Source: Octopus bimaculoides (lineage: Eukaryota). Taken from it: a DNA stretch of 37,471 nt. This document shows positions 1 through 12,512 of the stretch, piece after piece; position 1 is the stretch's first letter; each line of letters opens with the position of its first letter. A model generated the notes under the pieces. It was not told the DNA's origin. It worked only from the letters and a program-made list of their open reading frames with translations, and searched no databases. Location: positions 76,394,792 to 76,432,262 of the forward strand of contig NC_068991.1 of assembly GCF_001194135.2 (NCBI RefSeq), given 5' to 3'. Made by a program: the position numbers and the translations under genes.

Positions 1-385
1 TGTATATACGTATATATGTATATGTATATATATCTATCTGTGGATTAGAACATATGTCTACAAGATAAATATATATGTAGCGCTGAAGTGAGAAATAGCT
101 AATAAAAATATTTATTCATAAATTTGCAAATAAATTTTCCAAACAACTTTGCAACAAACGTTAACTTCAGAGAGAATTAAAGAAATTTAACGAATTAGAT
201 TTTTCAAACACCTGTCTGCAGCTTATTTCTTGTTTTCTATAAATATTTCAATAGAACAATTTCAATGAAACGTCATTCATCAATTCCTGAAAATCAAAGA
301 AAAATCAATAAATTTGTTTTACTGTTGGTTGACTGTTATAGTCATTCAAACATTGATAAAACATATATATACTGTATTGAATGTA

Positions 386-386
<1 letters not shown>

Positions 387-452
<66 letters not shown>
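387..452. repeat. (TA)n/(TG)n compound microsatellite
   Basis: Direct reading of dinucleotide arrays; explains the overlapping YIYI/CVCV/HTHT ORFs. Confidence 0.98.
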
Positions 453-456
<4 letters not shown>

Positions 457-492
457 TATATCATATATAGTATTTGTTTTGAAATAATTCAG

Positions 493-808
493 ATTCATTC
501 CATTTAAAAGAAACGGATGGTACGATGTATGAGTGCAAGTATATAGGATCACATCATCATTTTCCTGGTTCATCTTTTACTTGCCTTCACTCACTGGACT
601 GCAGCCACCCTGGGACATCGCCTCGACAAATTCCCCCCACCCCAGTATTTATGCTTCGAGTTTGGTAGTTATTCTAGCTGTCTGTTTCGCTGAGCTGCTA
701 AGTTACAACGGAACCAATTGTCAGGTGGAGTGGCGGACGACAACAAACACAGGGACACACATTTACACGCACACATACACATGCAGACATATACAGATAT
801 ATGTACAC

Positions 809-884
<76 letters not shown>

Positions 885-1221
885 GCGCGCGCACACGCAC
901 ACACACGCACACACACACACACAGTGGCAATATTCTTGCTGACTCGCAATTATCAAAGAAAGTAATGATTATAATTACAGAATTCCGCCCTAAACTTTTG
1001 TTCGATCTTCAGGAGATAATGACAATTGCCACTGAAGTCGCACGATTGTAAGGCATACATCTCTACCATGTAGCCATATAGTGATATATCTTTTATATTA
1101 TAGTTCCTTCATTTGGTCACTGTCTTCGTTTTATGTGCTCCGTTTAAAATAATTCCTCAGTGTAGAGCATGACCTTGACCAAGGAAGATCTCTGTCAAAG
1201 TTTCTCTGCATCTTCGAATAA
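493..1221 (+). CDS. Candidate 3' end of an unidentified spliced gene (exons 493-519, 981-1047, 1161-1221)
   Basis: Three AG/GT-bounded segments (donors ATG|GTACGA and ATT|GTAAGG) join in matching phases to give xSFHLKETDEFRPKLLFDLQEIMTIATEVARFVEHDLDQGRSLSKFLCIFE-stop. AATAAA at 1772. No homology recognised. Confidence 0.35.
560..760 (-). mobile_element. Decayed 3' half of octopus-type tRNA/CORE-like SINE
   Basis: Similar to 7331-7555 (gctaagttac...caaacacagggacacac), followed by a (CA)n tract. Confidence 0.7.
770..922. repeat. (CA)n/(TA)n/(CG) compound microsatellite
   Basis: Direct reading. Confidence 0.97.
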
Positions 1222-2163
1222 TTTAAATTCATTTTTCAATGTTAACCATAACTGTCACACTTACAATCAAGATTTAGCATATTTGTATAAGCAATACATC
1301 TTCAATAGGAATGCTGTAATTAACGCTAAAATAATATTGTAAAAGAGATAGAGATTCGCTAACACAAATTATATCTGACGTAATTAGCAAGGTACTTTTC
1401 TTAATTAATCATTTGCTAGCATCCCAATCAATTAATGTTTTAGAGTGAATGTGAATTATGAATGCATGAAACTAGTTGACAATCATAGAAGAACAGCTGA
1501 AATTCCTTTGTAATTGTTATTTCTCTGGCGTCTCAATATGATAAAGTAAATTGCTATTAGTTTTCATTTTGTCTTTTAACATATAGTGGAATATCAACTG
1601 AATCGACTACACTTCTATTCTTAAAATAATTGACCACGTTCCTAGTAAATAGCATTGATTATAAACAAGAAGTATTACTAAGATTTGGTTATTTAATTGG
1701 ACATTTCTTAACAAATCTGCGATACTTAAAATTATAAGTTTGGGGTTAGATTAATGATAGCTGTAAAAGGCAATAAAATCTGTATTCTCTTGACCATTGA
1801 CGCATCGACATTAGCATTGTATCTGTAAAGGAACATTGTTACACATACTTTAGAAATAGACGTTCCAATATCGAATCCAATATTGCTTTGACTACACATC
1901 AGAAATTAGACGCTTCTTTTCTGTCGAAGATCAAACTAATTTATCAAGCTCTATAGATACAAATAATTTTAAATGTTTCCTATGTAATGATTAATTTAAA
2001 AGTGCACGAAACAATAATCGCAGTAAAAATATATTTGAGATATTTACACATCATGCGGTATCATAAGGATGTTCACTTTTAATAGTAGTAAGCTTCTCAA
2101 CAATCCCAGTAAACAACCTAGATTCTATTTTCATTACGATGTCCTTTTACGTACCACAGTTGT

Positions 2164-2221
2164 TGGGGAATGTAATGGGGAATGTAATGGGGAATGTAAT
2201 GGGGAATGTAATGGGGAATGT
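2164..2221 (+). repeat. 12-bp tandem repeat (TGGGGAATGTAA) x4.8
   Basis: Four exact units plus a 10-bp partial unit. Confidence 0.97.
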
Positions 2222-3302
2222 CCCATTTATCAGGTCATCGTTGAATCGATTCGATTCAAGTAATCAGCAAATGGTGAATGCTGCATATTTTGATAACACT
2301 GGGCAACAAAAAGAAAATTATATATTCTTTAGAAAAAGGAAATGAAGAAAGTTTATTCCACGACTGAACACTACTGAGACAAAAACCTTGTGTGTCGAAC
2401 TTGTATTGCATCAACGACAAATTTATACGATTCGTTGAATTTAGCAGTAAGTTCTGATTAAAATGTCTGGAATAAGGACACCTTAGTTTGGATGAAACTC
2501 ATTCAGACTCCATCCCTTAACTATAGAAAGGTCACAGATATGCAAAGTTTCTTCGGCAAAACAGCTGTTGGAATGAGGAAAATAGTTCAACGCTAGCAAC
2601 ATAAAGATTTAGATTGTGCAAGCTATCAAGTCTGGAGGGTTGAGGTTTGGACAAAAATGGCCAAATGTGCGAGCGGTTTCTATTATATGAAATACACTGG
2701 TTCTTATGGAGACACAACAGAGGATCAATTGCATAGGAGATGAGATGTGCTTTCCATTGCGTTCTCTAAAATACCCGGGAAATGTAGGCAGACACACGGA
2801 AACATAGCAATACTTTCTACAATGCTGTATCTTCGTATAGCTAACATCGGTGTCGCCACCGTGATGATCGTTTACTATACATAACAGCGATATCTCGTTC
2901 CAATTATACACCCATCGATTACATAAAGAGGACACATTCGGTGATATAGTCCGGGCGAGATATTGTCGAAACAGCAGAAGAGATGGTCATGGTTAAGCAA
3001 CACAATTAACTATGCCAACAATGTTATATCTCCTTAGAGTTAAATAAATTCACTTGTGCAAAGTTGTCAACCATAAGCACCTGTTGCTTTTAGCTGATTA
3101 CATAGTAGACAACATAATCGACAACTATTTGCGCTCTCAATGTCTCCTGAAGGTGGAATATAAAGTTTATAAACTTTCTTATAACTCATATGACGGAATT
3201 AGAAAGCAAAATTGTGTAATTATAATCATTACTTTGATAATTGCTATTCAGCAAGAAAATAGCCATTGTTTTTTTTTATTTCGTACACTCGTGTCGTGAG
3301 TT

Positions 3303-3303
<1 letters not shown>

Positions 3304-3340
<37 letters not shown>

Positions 3341-3354
3341 TGTGTGTGTATGTG

Positions 3355-3387
<33 letters not shown>

Positions 3388-3406
3388 CTGTGTGTGTGTG
3401 TGTGAT
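3304..3406. repeat. (TG)n microsatellite
   Basis: Direct reading. Confidence 0.98.
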
Positions 3407-4184
3407 GTATGTACAATGTTACAAAGTTATAAGTCTCAACAGAGCTAGTTCTAGTGAAAAGTCAATTTTGTAATATATTATACGATGCATGATTGGGTTA
3501 TATCCGTTGCTTACGTTTATGTTTTAATGCATTATACGTATGTACATGCGTGTGTAGTTATGTATGAGTGTATGCGTTCGTGCATGGCTAAATTGCGATC
3601 ACAAGTACTCAGTACAAATGTATTATGCAATATAAAATTTTGGCCGAATCTATGGCCGGTTTAGAGACTCTTCGAAGAATTTAGTGCCTTCCCTCGGCAA
3701 CTGAATTCTGCGTGATGGAATTCAACACATCTGGTGGTAGATTGGCATATAGCAATACATTTTGAGGAACTCGACACACCGGACTTCGCTTTTGAAATTT
3801 ATTTGTTCATATGTGTGACACTGTTATAGGATGGATGCGTGCAGAGAATTTGGCCAGGAATATAATCTATTACATTACATCTGTGAAAAACATTAAAATG
3901 ACATAATTCTTTTGTTATCTTACAATCATGCATAAACCATACGCTATTTTTTCTTTTACTGCTATACTATCTCATTTGTAACATATCCTGCCTAACATGT
4001 ATTTTAGTGGGTTCAATTCTCATATATAATGAAATTCCTAAAATTCTTTCATTCGTTGACTGAATTTTACTCAAATTTTACTCGAATACTTCTAATGCCA
4101 CAGGTAGAAGTGAGATCTTTTAGCCTGGGCTCAACGAGGCTTTCAATATTTGACTTCTTAAAGTGATGAGCCTGCAGAATCGTT

Positions 4185-4340
4185 TGCACATGGAATAAAA
4201 TGGTTCACGGAATTTCTTACTGCTCTTTTGTGTACTTCCGAGTTGACGTTTTGCGTTAATCTTATCGTGATCGATAAAGTAAGTACCATTTGGGTCGATG
4301 TTATTGATTATGCCTACCCTGGAAAATTGCAGGCTTCTAG
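4185..4340 (+). mobile_element. Strongly decayed tRNA-derived SINE
   Basis: Residual motifs gcagaatcgtt, gtcgataaa-aagtacca-like and gggtcgatg shared with 13070-13282. Confidence 0.5.
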
Positions 4341-5384
4341 AAAGAAAACAATGGACTTCTTCTGAGAAAGAATATTCTGCATATTAATAAACTACATATT
4401 ATGAAATTTTAAGGAATCCGATGTATAAGAAGGTTCTATAAATGCACACAATAGACAAAAGTACACATAACTAGACAGATACACAGACACATTATTTTGT
4501 AAGCACGTACACGTCTTTACACGAAAATATACGCATTCGAGCATTCACATACCTATGTTTGTGTGTCTGCGTTTTAAAAACATATACAGGCATAATCATA
4601 TGATTGTATATGTGTGTGTGTGTGTGTGTGTGCGCGCACACACACACACATGTATGCATACAAATCAAATGACAATGCGTGTGTATGTGAGTGTAATTCC
4701 TTTTTATTTTCTTCTCGTTTTCATCATAACACCTCGTCACCTACATTTTTTTTATCTCCTTAGACGAAACTCCAGCTGTGCCAATGACAACCAAGACATT
4801 TCAAATTAATCTAGCTCAGCTCTCTAAGTGCTAATTTTCTTAAACACACACAAATCAAACCACCAGTCTGTGATTATGCCAGGCCGATAAATATTCCTAA
4901 GAACCAACAATATATAAAATGTGTTACACCATCACACTTGCTCTTAATGAATTGCAGGGAATTCGTGAGCCACAGTTAACCCATTTATATTGGAAGAACA
5001 AATAAAGTGTTGCGTAGATGCGTGTGTCTGTCGGTGTTAGTGCCGTTACAACCAATGTTGCTGTTGCGGTACTTGTTGTATTGGCTTAGCCACAGGTGCT
5101 CACTGTATGAGCACATGTATGGTTAAAAGCTTTCTGTGACCATCCGGTATTTTTTAGACAGTTCATTTCAGTCTATATTACCCAAATGTGGCGTTCCTTT
5201 TTTCATAAGCAAAGTATAGACTTCATTTGAGAGCGGTGTGTGACAGCCAGTCAAACATCCATGAAGATGAAACTTCCTGGCTTTGACAAATACGAATCAC
5301 GTTCCTTTAACTCTTGAGAAGACAAAGACAATCGATTACGATGTGCTCCCTCCAGTTTTTGAAGTTCATACCTTAGTTTGTGGT

Positions 5385-5430
5385 CATTGTCGTCGTCGTC
5401 GCCATCATCATCATCATCGTCGTCATCGTT

Positions 5431-5470
<40 letters not shown>

Positions 5471-5500
5471 CAATTACTATTATTTTTATTATTATTATTA
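5385..5500. repeat. (CGT/CAT)n then (TAT)n trinucleotide array
   Basis: Direct reading; source of the poly-H, poly-D and poly-I ORFs. Confidence 0.97.
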
Positions 5501-5700
5501 AACGCGGTGAGCTGACGGAAACAGTAGATTTTCTTATAAAGGCATTGCGGTACGTGTTCCAAATTTTAATGTTCAGAGTAGAAATCTGAATCAGGTCCAC
5601 TTTGCCTTTTAACCTTTCATAGTCGATAAAATAAAGTATAAGTACTGAAGCTAACTCCCTCCTCTCCAAATTGCTGGCCTTGTGCCTGAGTCAGAAATTG
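5500..5700 (+). mobile_element. Decayed tRNA-derived SINE
   Basis: gcggtgagctg head, ctttgccttt...gtcgataaaataa core and ctccaaattgctggccttgtgcc tail resemble other copies in the window. Confidence 0.65.
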
Positions 5701-7138
5701 CTATTTTCATCGGTGTCGTCAGCACACTTGCTAGTGTTTCCGGCGTCACTGTCGTCATGGCTGTTGTTGCTGTCTCCCAGTAGCTGGCGTCATCATCGCC
5801 TTTCACATAATTGCTCATCTTAAATCCAAATCAATATTCTGTTTTAAAATATTAAAAACAAACAAACTTTCGCCAAATCTCTCTCTATAGTTTATCTTTC
5901 CATCACAACTGGTCATCTTTCTTCTGCATTTATAATCCAATCATTTTCACAAACTTTTGCTTTTATAATCCCTAAAGGATTTAATGTTAATCTTTTCTTG
6001 GTAAGGTTAATGAGTCCTATATTTTATAATATAAAATATTAGTTCGATGAACCTTCGAATATAATAAATGCAATTTCAGTCACATTTGTTGTTGCCACAA
6101 GAGAAAGGAAGTTATTTTCTAAATCATTTAGCAATTGATTAATTTAATCTCAGTATTTAAACATTTTAAGTTTCATTATAATTAGTCTTCATATTTTCTA
6201 TTATAATGACATTTTATCATTAACCGTTCCGTTCGAAATCCTTAATTTTCAGCAGCTATTTCAAATTTTACAAGTGAATACTAATCCCTAAATTATGATT
6301 AGCTTTTTCTGCACGCACTACAACGTTTATACTGTATTTCTTTTTTCTCTTTTAAGAATAACATAAATAATACAAACTGTCGATTTCTTTAGATTATATC
6401 GTCGTTACACATGACGAATCTCTTACAATAGAGTTGCCTTTTCTGAAACGCAAAGCTTCGTTAAACAGAGTTCAATAACGACTATTGTAATGACTATCTG
6501 ATAAGCGATAACAATGAAACTCATCCTGTTTAGCATGCTACGAAGCCGTGGCAGATTACTCCGCCCAGAAGGTTTCTAACACTTCTTGATAAATTCGGGG
6601 AACTAAAATACGCCCAACGAGCAACAATATTTGCATGGATTTGAAGTTCCAAAACGAGAGATCGTAATCTAATATCATCGTCATTGAATCAACTCTTTTG
6701 CATATCTTGCATACAGATTCTCATTATTACGGATTTCTTTTCTGTGTAGAATACTGCGATGATTTAAATGAATATGTCATCGATGCGGAAACGAAGTGGT
6801 TAAACTTAGAATTTAGTATAAGAATATTATTTAGCATGTGCCTTAGAATTTCTACGAACTCACTTAAGGCAGAGTTTAAACAGACATGAAAGACTTTTAC
6901 AGGAATATTTTGAGTTCCAATACACACGATTTGATATCGGAATCGATGGAATTCATTAAATCAGTTACAGCGGATTGATTTAGTCGACTGAAAAAACAGC
7001 GATTAAAAGAACTAGCCAGGACTCACGAGGCAAGAATAGAACTTCGATACGGATGATCGACCTCTGAGAACTAATAGCCATATTCCCTCAAGTTGTAATT
7101 AAACATTATAAAAGAAGAAAAATCGAACTCTACAATCC

Positions 7139-7330
7139 ACGAGGGGTGGTTGTTGAAAAGTTCCTGGCTTTGCTAAAAGAAAATAGAGGAGGATCTGTTA
7201 ATTAAGATTTTATTCAGCATATTCTCCTTACAGTTTCACACACTTATCATGGCGGTCCTTCAGTTTTTCTAAACCTTGTAAAAGAACTCGGACGGTTGGA
7301 CCTCCAACCAGGCCCTTCGCGACACCCTTA
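7139..7330 (+). mobile_element. Mariner-type transposon terminal fragment
   Basis: Begins ACGAGGGG...GAAAAGTTCCTGGCTTTG, a mariner-like TIR pattern; ends where the SINE at 7331 begins. A partial aacttcctggctttg match also occurs near 5270. Confidence 0.6.
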
Positions 7331-7555
7331 CTCTTTTACTCTTTTACTTGTTTCAGTCATTTGACTGCGACCATGCTGGAGCACCGCCTTTAGTCGAGAA
7401 AATTGTCCCCGGGACTTATTCTTTGTAAGCCTAGTACTTATTCCATCGGTCTCTTTTTGCAAAACTGCTAAGTTACGGGAACGTAAACACACCACCATCG
7501 GTTGTCAAGCGTTGGTAGGGGGACAAACACAGACACACACACACACACACACCCA
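7331..7555 (-). mobile_element. 3' half of octopus-type tRNA/CORE-like SINE
   Basis: Reverse-complement match to 10160-10355; runs into (CA)n and then a gap. Confidence 0.85.
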
Positions 7556-7820
7556 NNNNNNNNNNNNNNNNNNNNNNNNNNNNNNNNNNNNNNNNNNNNN
7601 NNNNNNNNNNNNNNNNNNNNNNNNNNNNNNNNNNNNNNNNNNNNNNNNNNNNNNNNNNNNNNNNNNNNNNNNNNNNNNNNNNNNNNNNNNNNNNNNNNNN
7701 NNNNNNNNNNNNNNNNNNNNNNNNNNNNNNNNNNNNNNNNNNNNNNNNNNNNNNNNNNNNNNNNNNNNNNNNNNNNNNNNNNNNNNNNNNNNNNNNNNNN
7801 NNNNNNNNNNNNNNNNNNNN
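7556..7820. other. Assembly gap. Other gaps: 11422-12125, 12858-12911, 20208-20217, 20423-20581, 23746-23991, 26813-27030, 28715-28830, 30362-30441, 32982-32991, 33605-33614, 34332-34422
   Basis: Runs of N, nearly all flanked by microsatellites. Confidence 1.
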
Positions 7821-7939
7821 ATATATATATACACTCACAGAGACAGACAGACAGCCAGACAGACAGCCAGACAGACAGACAGCTAGACAGAGAGACAGCC
7901 AGCCAGACAGACAGACAGACAGCCAGACAGAGATAGATC

Positions 7940-7982
<43 letters not shown>
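7821..7982. repeat. (TA)n, (AGAC)n, (AGAT)n compound microsatellite
   Basis: Direct reading. Confidence 0.97.
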
Positions 7983-7983
<1 letters not shown>

Positions 7984-8077
7984 TACGGAATGCTCAACGA
8001 TGGAATACATTTGACTCTACGCCTGTTTAGTTATTGCTGACTTGATGCCGCACAACGGCAAACTGATTATTTGATAG

Positions 8078-9662
8078 AAGAGTGGAATGTATTTGCCAAG
8101 AGAAACTTGATTCTAGATTCTGAAATAGATTATAAGAAGGCTTCACTGAGAAGGCATTTATTAAGAATAAAGGTATTCTTTCTGTCATTATTTTTATTAT
8201 TTCCATCTCATTTCAGTTCTTCGTTTGTTGCAACAATGACTTTAACCATCTCAACTTTCAACCGTTATTTTATTAACGTCTCAGGGAATTTTATACAAAA
8301 ATCATTGGCCTCGTAATCATAAGAAAAACATTGGACACTATGTAGAGTAAACAGAAGAGTAACTCTTTAGGGAATACAATGGCTTAATTTGAACGCTGAT
8401 TGTCAATATTCAATTTCACTAATACAATAGGCAAATACTGGTATGCAACATTTTAATTTCTTTCATATATTGCAGCGCAACATTTTAATTTCTTTCAGGA
8501 TATGCACTACTCCTAAAGGAACCACCACTAGCTGATCTGTCGCCACAAAGGTTTGTTTCTAGCCAATCTTGCCCATGCAGACCCCAGGAGGGCGAGTGAG
8601 GTTCACGTGCTATCTCGTCTTTGGTCTACCCCATAATTTGATATCATTTCTCAGCGTGAACTCTGTAACTCGTGTCCTTCACCCCTTGCTCCTTTTAGTT
8701 TTAGCAAGGCAGTTTGAGCTGGTAACATGATTGATTTCATTTCCTAACATGGTCATTGTTTAAACACTTTCTCTTTATTCCCTTGTCGTGGGACGCGTTT
8801 ACCAGTATCTAAACAGTAGGAGCTTCGTGCGGGTAGCCGAGCAGTAATTCAGTATTTTTACTTAGCCAAGTCCTGTGGGTGTGTAAATCGGATTATTTTT
8901 CTAACATTCTTTATCGGTACATCTAATGGCGTTTTGTTCTTCTTTTTTTTTCTTCTAGATCTCGCAGTTAGAGTATGTATGATGGTTTCTTTTCATTCTG
9001 TCTATACCGTCTCTTCTCACTCTCTCTTTCTCTTTATATCTGTGTCTCTCTTCCTCTTTCTTTCTCTCTCCCTCTTTCTCTATCTGTACTTTTTACATTG
9101 AGTGATGTCATTACACTACCTTGTAAAATCCCCTCATACCGTAATCTAAGACCTTAGTTTTCCAGTTTATACATTAGTCAGGCAAATTCTGTAATTACTA
9201 TAAAGGCTGAGTGTTTTCTTCAATGGTTAGGTTTAATGGATAGTTATCTAATGGACCTTTCCATTTCTTTAACTCCAAAGTTTGTTTGTTTTAAAAGTGT
9301 AAGCTAGTTCTTTCTTGCGTGTAGTGTTGATGAAAGGCATGCTGGAAAGGAGCATACTTAACATAATTTCTGTGCTTTTATATGTCTGCCATGAAAGCAA
9401 CTCGCAAACAAAATATAAACCTAAGCATATAGTGCACCCCCGATGGAGTATCAAGAGAGGCATTCTCAAGACGTCATTGAAAACAATTCAGAAGCAATAT
9501 CCCGCAGTGCAGGTGAAAGAATCGAGACTCATACAGCGTGCGTGCTTTGTTATACGACAGTTAGATAAATAAAATTGATAATGATTTACGCCCCCTCCAC
9601 AGGAGACACCACTCCGACAACACCAAAATTTGTACAAATACGTGAACACAGATATAGTATGA
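8078..9662 (+). CDS. Candidate compact multi-exon coding region of an unidentified gene (exons 8078-8172, 8285-8312, 8499-8550, 8655-8721, 8959-8972, 9166-9230, 9325-9512, 9603-9662)
   Basis: Eight AG/GT-bounded segments, most with pyrimidine-rich acceptors, join in matching phases into a 188-codon frame ending at TGA 9660-9662. Hand-built with choices among alternative splice sites; no family recognised. Confidence 0.3.
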
Positions 9663-9938
9663 ATGGAAACGAGGTAGCAATATCACACTTTAAGGATACA
9701 ACTTAAAATAATATTATATTAACTATACCCTACGTTTTTCCTGATACAATGACTCGGGGAACGATATAATGACATTAATGGCGTGTATAGAGCAACAGCA
9801 TTAAATAGAAAATAACTACCATGGAGATAGAAAGATACACACATATGTACAAACATACAATCATAATACATATTCGAATATATATAAACAAATGCATATA
9901 CACATGCATATATATAGAGAGAGAGAGATGCATACATA

Positions 9939-10363
9939 GGCGCAGGAGTGGTTGTGTTGTAAGTAGCTTGCTTGCATAATACATGGTTCCGGGTTCAGTC
10001 CTCACTGCATAGCACCTTGAGCAAGTGTCTTCTACTATAGCCTCGGGCTGACCAAAGCCTTCTGCGTAGATTTGATAGACGGAAACTGAAAGAAGCCTAT
10101 TGTATATATGTGTGTATGTGTTTGTGTGTGTGTGTGTGTGTCTGTATGTGTGTGTCTGGGTGTCTGTGTTTGTCTCCAACCATCGCTTGACAACCGGTGA
10201 TTCTGTGCTCACGTCTCCGTAACTTAACGGTTCGGCAAAAGAGACCAATGGAATAAGGCTTATAAAGAACAAGTCCCGCGATCGATTTGTTTGATTAGAG
10301 GTGGTGCTCCAGCAGGGCCGCAGTCAAATAACTGAAACAAACAAAAGAATAATAGAATACGTT
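9939..10363 (+). mobile_element. Full-length tRNA-derived SINE with CORE-like segment and internal (TG)n
   Basis: A-box-like TGGTTGTGTTGT, B-box-like GGTTCAGTCC, CORE-like gcaccttgagcaagtgtcttc, internal TG array, A-rich tail. CATACATA on both sides (9931-9938, 10364-10371) is a possible TSD. Consistent with the octopus OK/OR1/OR2 class; family not assigned. Confidence 0.9.
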
Positions 10364-10875
10364 CATACATACATGATGGCCGCTTCCTCGTTCCCGAGTA
10401 AAAGATGACGATGCTGGCACCTCAAGCGATGCCACTGCATGATGCTTTTTAAAGTGAGGAGGGACTTCGCACACAACCAGTCCAACTCTCTAAACAGCAA
10501 TGAGAGACACCCCTAAAATAATAAAGGGGAAACATCATTTTGTTCCATCGAGTCGAGGTTTTCTATCAGATTTTCCCTTCTCCTGGGGTGATGTCCCAAC
10601 AAGGATAATGGGTCAATCTATCTCAAAAATACCATACCTACAATCGATCTCCTTGCCATGGTTGTCTGCTGACTGAAACTTTTTTTTTTTTTTTTTTTTT
10701 TGGTGCCCGACTATTGATGAAAACTTGTCAATGCTCTGCTCAGTCACTGTTTTATTTTTTCTGTACCAGTGTCAGAAGTTTATCACGATAGCTGCAGAAA
10801 CTGCTGCTGTCCATACATACAAACACACATACATGACATTGATGGTAATAATTTATTGGCAAGATAGTGCTACAG

Positions 10876-10876
<1 letters not shown>

Positions 10877-10921
<45 letters not shown>
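10877..10921. repeat. (TG)n microsatellite
   Basis: Direct reading. Confidence 0.98.
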
Positions 10922-10925
<4 letters not shown>

Positions 10926-12407
10926 GAAAAATTCAAAGACGGTGATATCCACTCTCATAAACACTGCCAATTATGTAATGTTGACATCGCCATGAATTAA
11001 ATTCAGTCTAGTTGACAACTACACGCACGACCATTGCGACGGATATGTCAATCGATAATACCGCAATAAACAGTGTCATCCGTATTAAAAAATGAGAAAG
11101 CAAAGACATAACAAACAGTAAATACATGACCACTCACCGATATATACGCACAGCGACCAGCACAAATACGCACAAAAGACATACCTGCATAGAGAAAAGC
11201 TTAGCAGCACGCATATATGTAATGATGTACTTATGGATACCGACATATTAAGATAAGCAGTTCCAGAAAATTCCTTTAATCCGTCCCAAAAGCAAAACAT
11301 TTGTGGCAAAAGAATTTCACTACATAATAACGTGTCAAACTGTGCGCGTGCGCGTATGAATGTGTAGTATAAATGTGCGTAGTATTCTGATCTGAATATG
11401 AAATATATATATATATATATANNNNNNNNNNNNNNNNNNNNNNNNNNNNNNNNNNNNNNNNNNNNNNNNNNNNNNNNNNNNNNNNNNNNNNNNNNNNNNN
11501 NNNNNNNNNNNNNNNNNNNNNNNNNNNNNNNNNNNNNNNNNNNNNNNNNNNNNNNNNNNNNNNNNNNNNNNNNNNNNNNNNNNNNNNNNNNNNNNNNNNN
11601 NNNNNNNNNNNNNNNNNNNNNNNNNNNNNNNNNNNNNNNNNNNNNNNNNNNNNNNNNNNNNNNNNNNNNNNNNNNNNNNNNNNNNNNNNNNNNNNNNNNN
11701 NNNNNNNNNNNNNNNNNNNNNNNNNNNNNNNNNNNNNNNNNNNNNNNNNNNNNNNNNNNNNNNNNNNNNNNNNNNNNNNNNNNNNNNNNNNNNNNNNNNN
11801 NNNNNNNNNNNNNNNNNNNNNNNNNNNNNNNNNNNNNNNNNNNNNNNNNNNNNNNNNNNNNNNNNNNNNNNNNNNNNNNNNNNNNNNNNNNNNNNNNNNN
11901 NNNNNNNNNNNNNNNNNNNNNNNNNNNNNNNNNNNNNNNNNNNNNNNNNNNNNNNNNNNNNNNNNNNNNNNNNNNNNNNNNNNNNNNNNNNNNNNNNNNN
12001 NNNNNNNNNNNNNNNNNNNNNNNNNNNNNNNNNNNNNNNNNNNNNNNNNNNNNNNNNNNNNNNNNNNNNNNNNNNNNNNNNNNNNNNNNNNNNNNNNNNN
12101 NNNNNNNNNNNNNNNNNNNNNNNNNATATATATATATATATATATAAGTATACTTCTATATGTGTGTATATTGCAGCACATTCATGAACACATATACATG
12201 ATAGGAGGCGAAAGTAAAATGAGGGAAAACACTGAGGAAGGAAAAGAAAGAAGACAGAATATATACACACTATACACACACATACGCATATATACATACA
12301 CACACACACAACACACCCATATATATGTACATATATACAACTGACCCTACTACATTGTGCAGTATACAAAAATCAAAGAAAAACTATGTAAATAAACAAA
12401 ATTAAAA

Positions 12408-12438
12408 CCATTTAATGGCGACAATTTTCTCATCGCAC

Positions 12439-12443
<5 letters not shown>
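12408..12443 (-). mobile_element. Solo Tc1/mariner-type TIR end (CAGGGTGCGATGAGAAAATTGTCGCC)
   Basis: CAGGGTG terminus abutting a (TG)n array; no partner TIR seen. Confidence 0.35.

Positions 12444-12508
<65 letters not shown>
12442..12508. repeat. (TG)n microsatellite
   Basis: Direct reading. Confidence 0.98.

Positions 12509-12512
<4 letters not shown>

Noticed and set aside
2333-2446. 114-nt segment with strong acceptor and GTAAGT donor (similar case at 18139-18179)
   Set aside because: Stops in all three frames; shows that strong splice-like signals arise here without coding potential, which is why the exon calls are low confidence.
2609-2935. 108-aa minus ORF with CPNLNPPD resembling the Tc1 SPDLNP motif
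   Set aside because: Only one short motif matches; no other transposase motifs or TIRs nearby.
6400-7080. Several protein-like open stretches on both strands
   Set aside because: Mutually incompatible frames and strands, and no recognisable family.
10375-10702. Possible LINE UTR fragment next to a poly-T run (similar GC-richer stretch at 37270-37471)
   Set aside because: No coding motif or second copy in the window to support a call.
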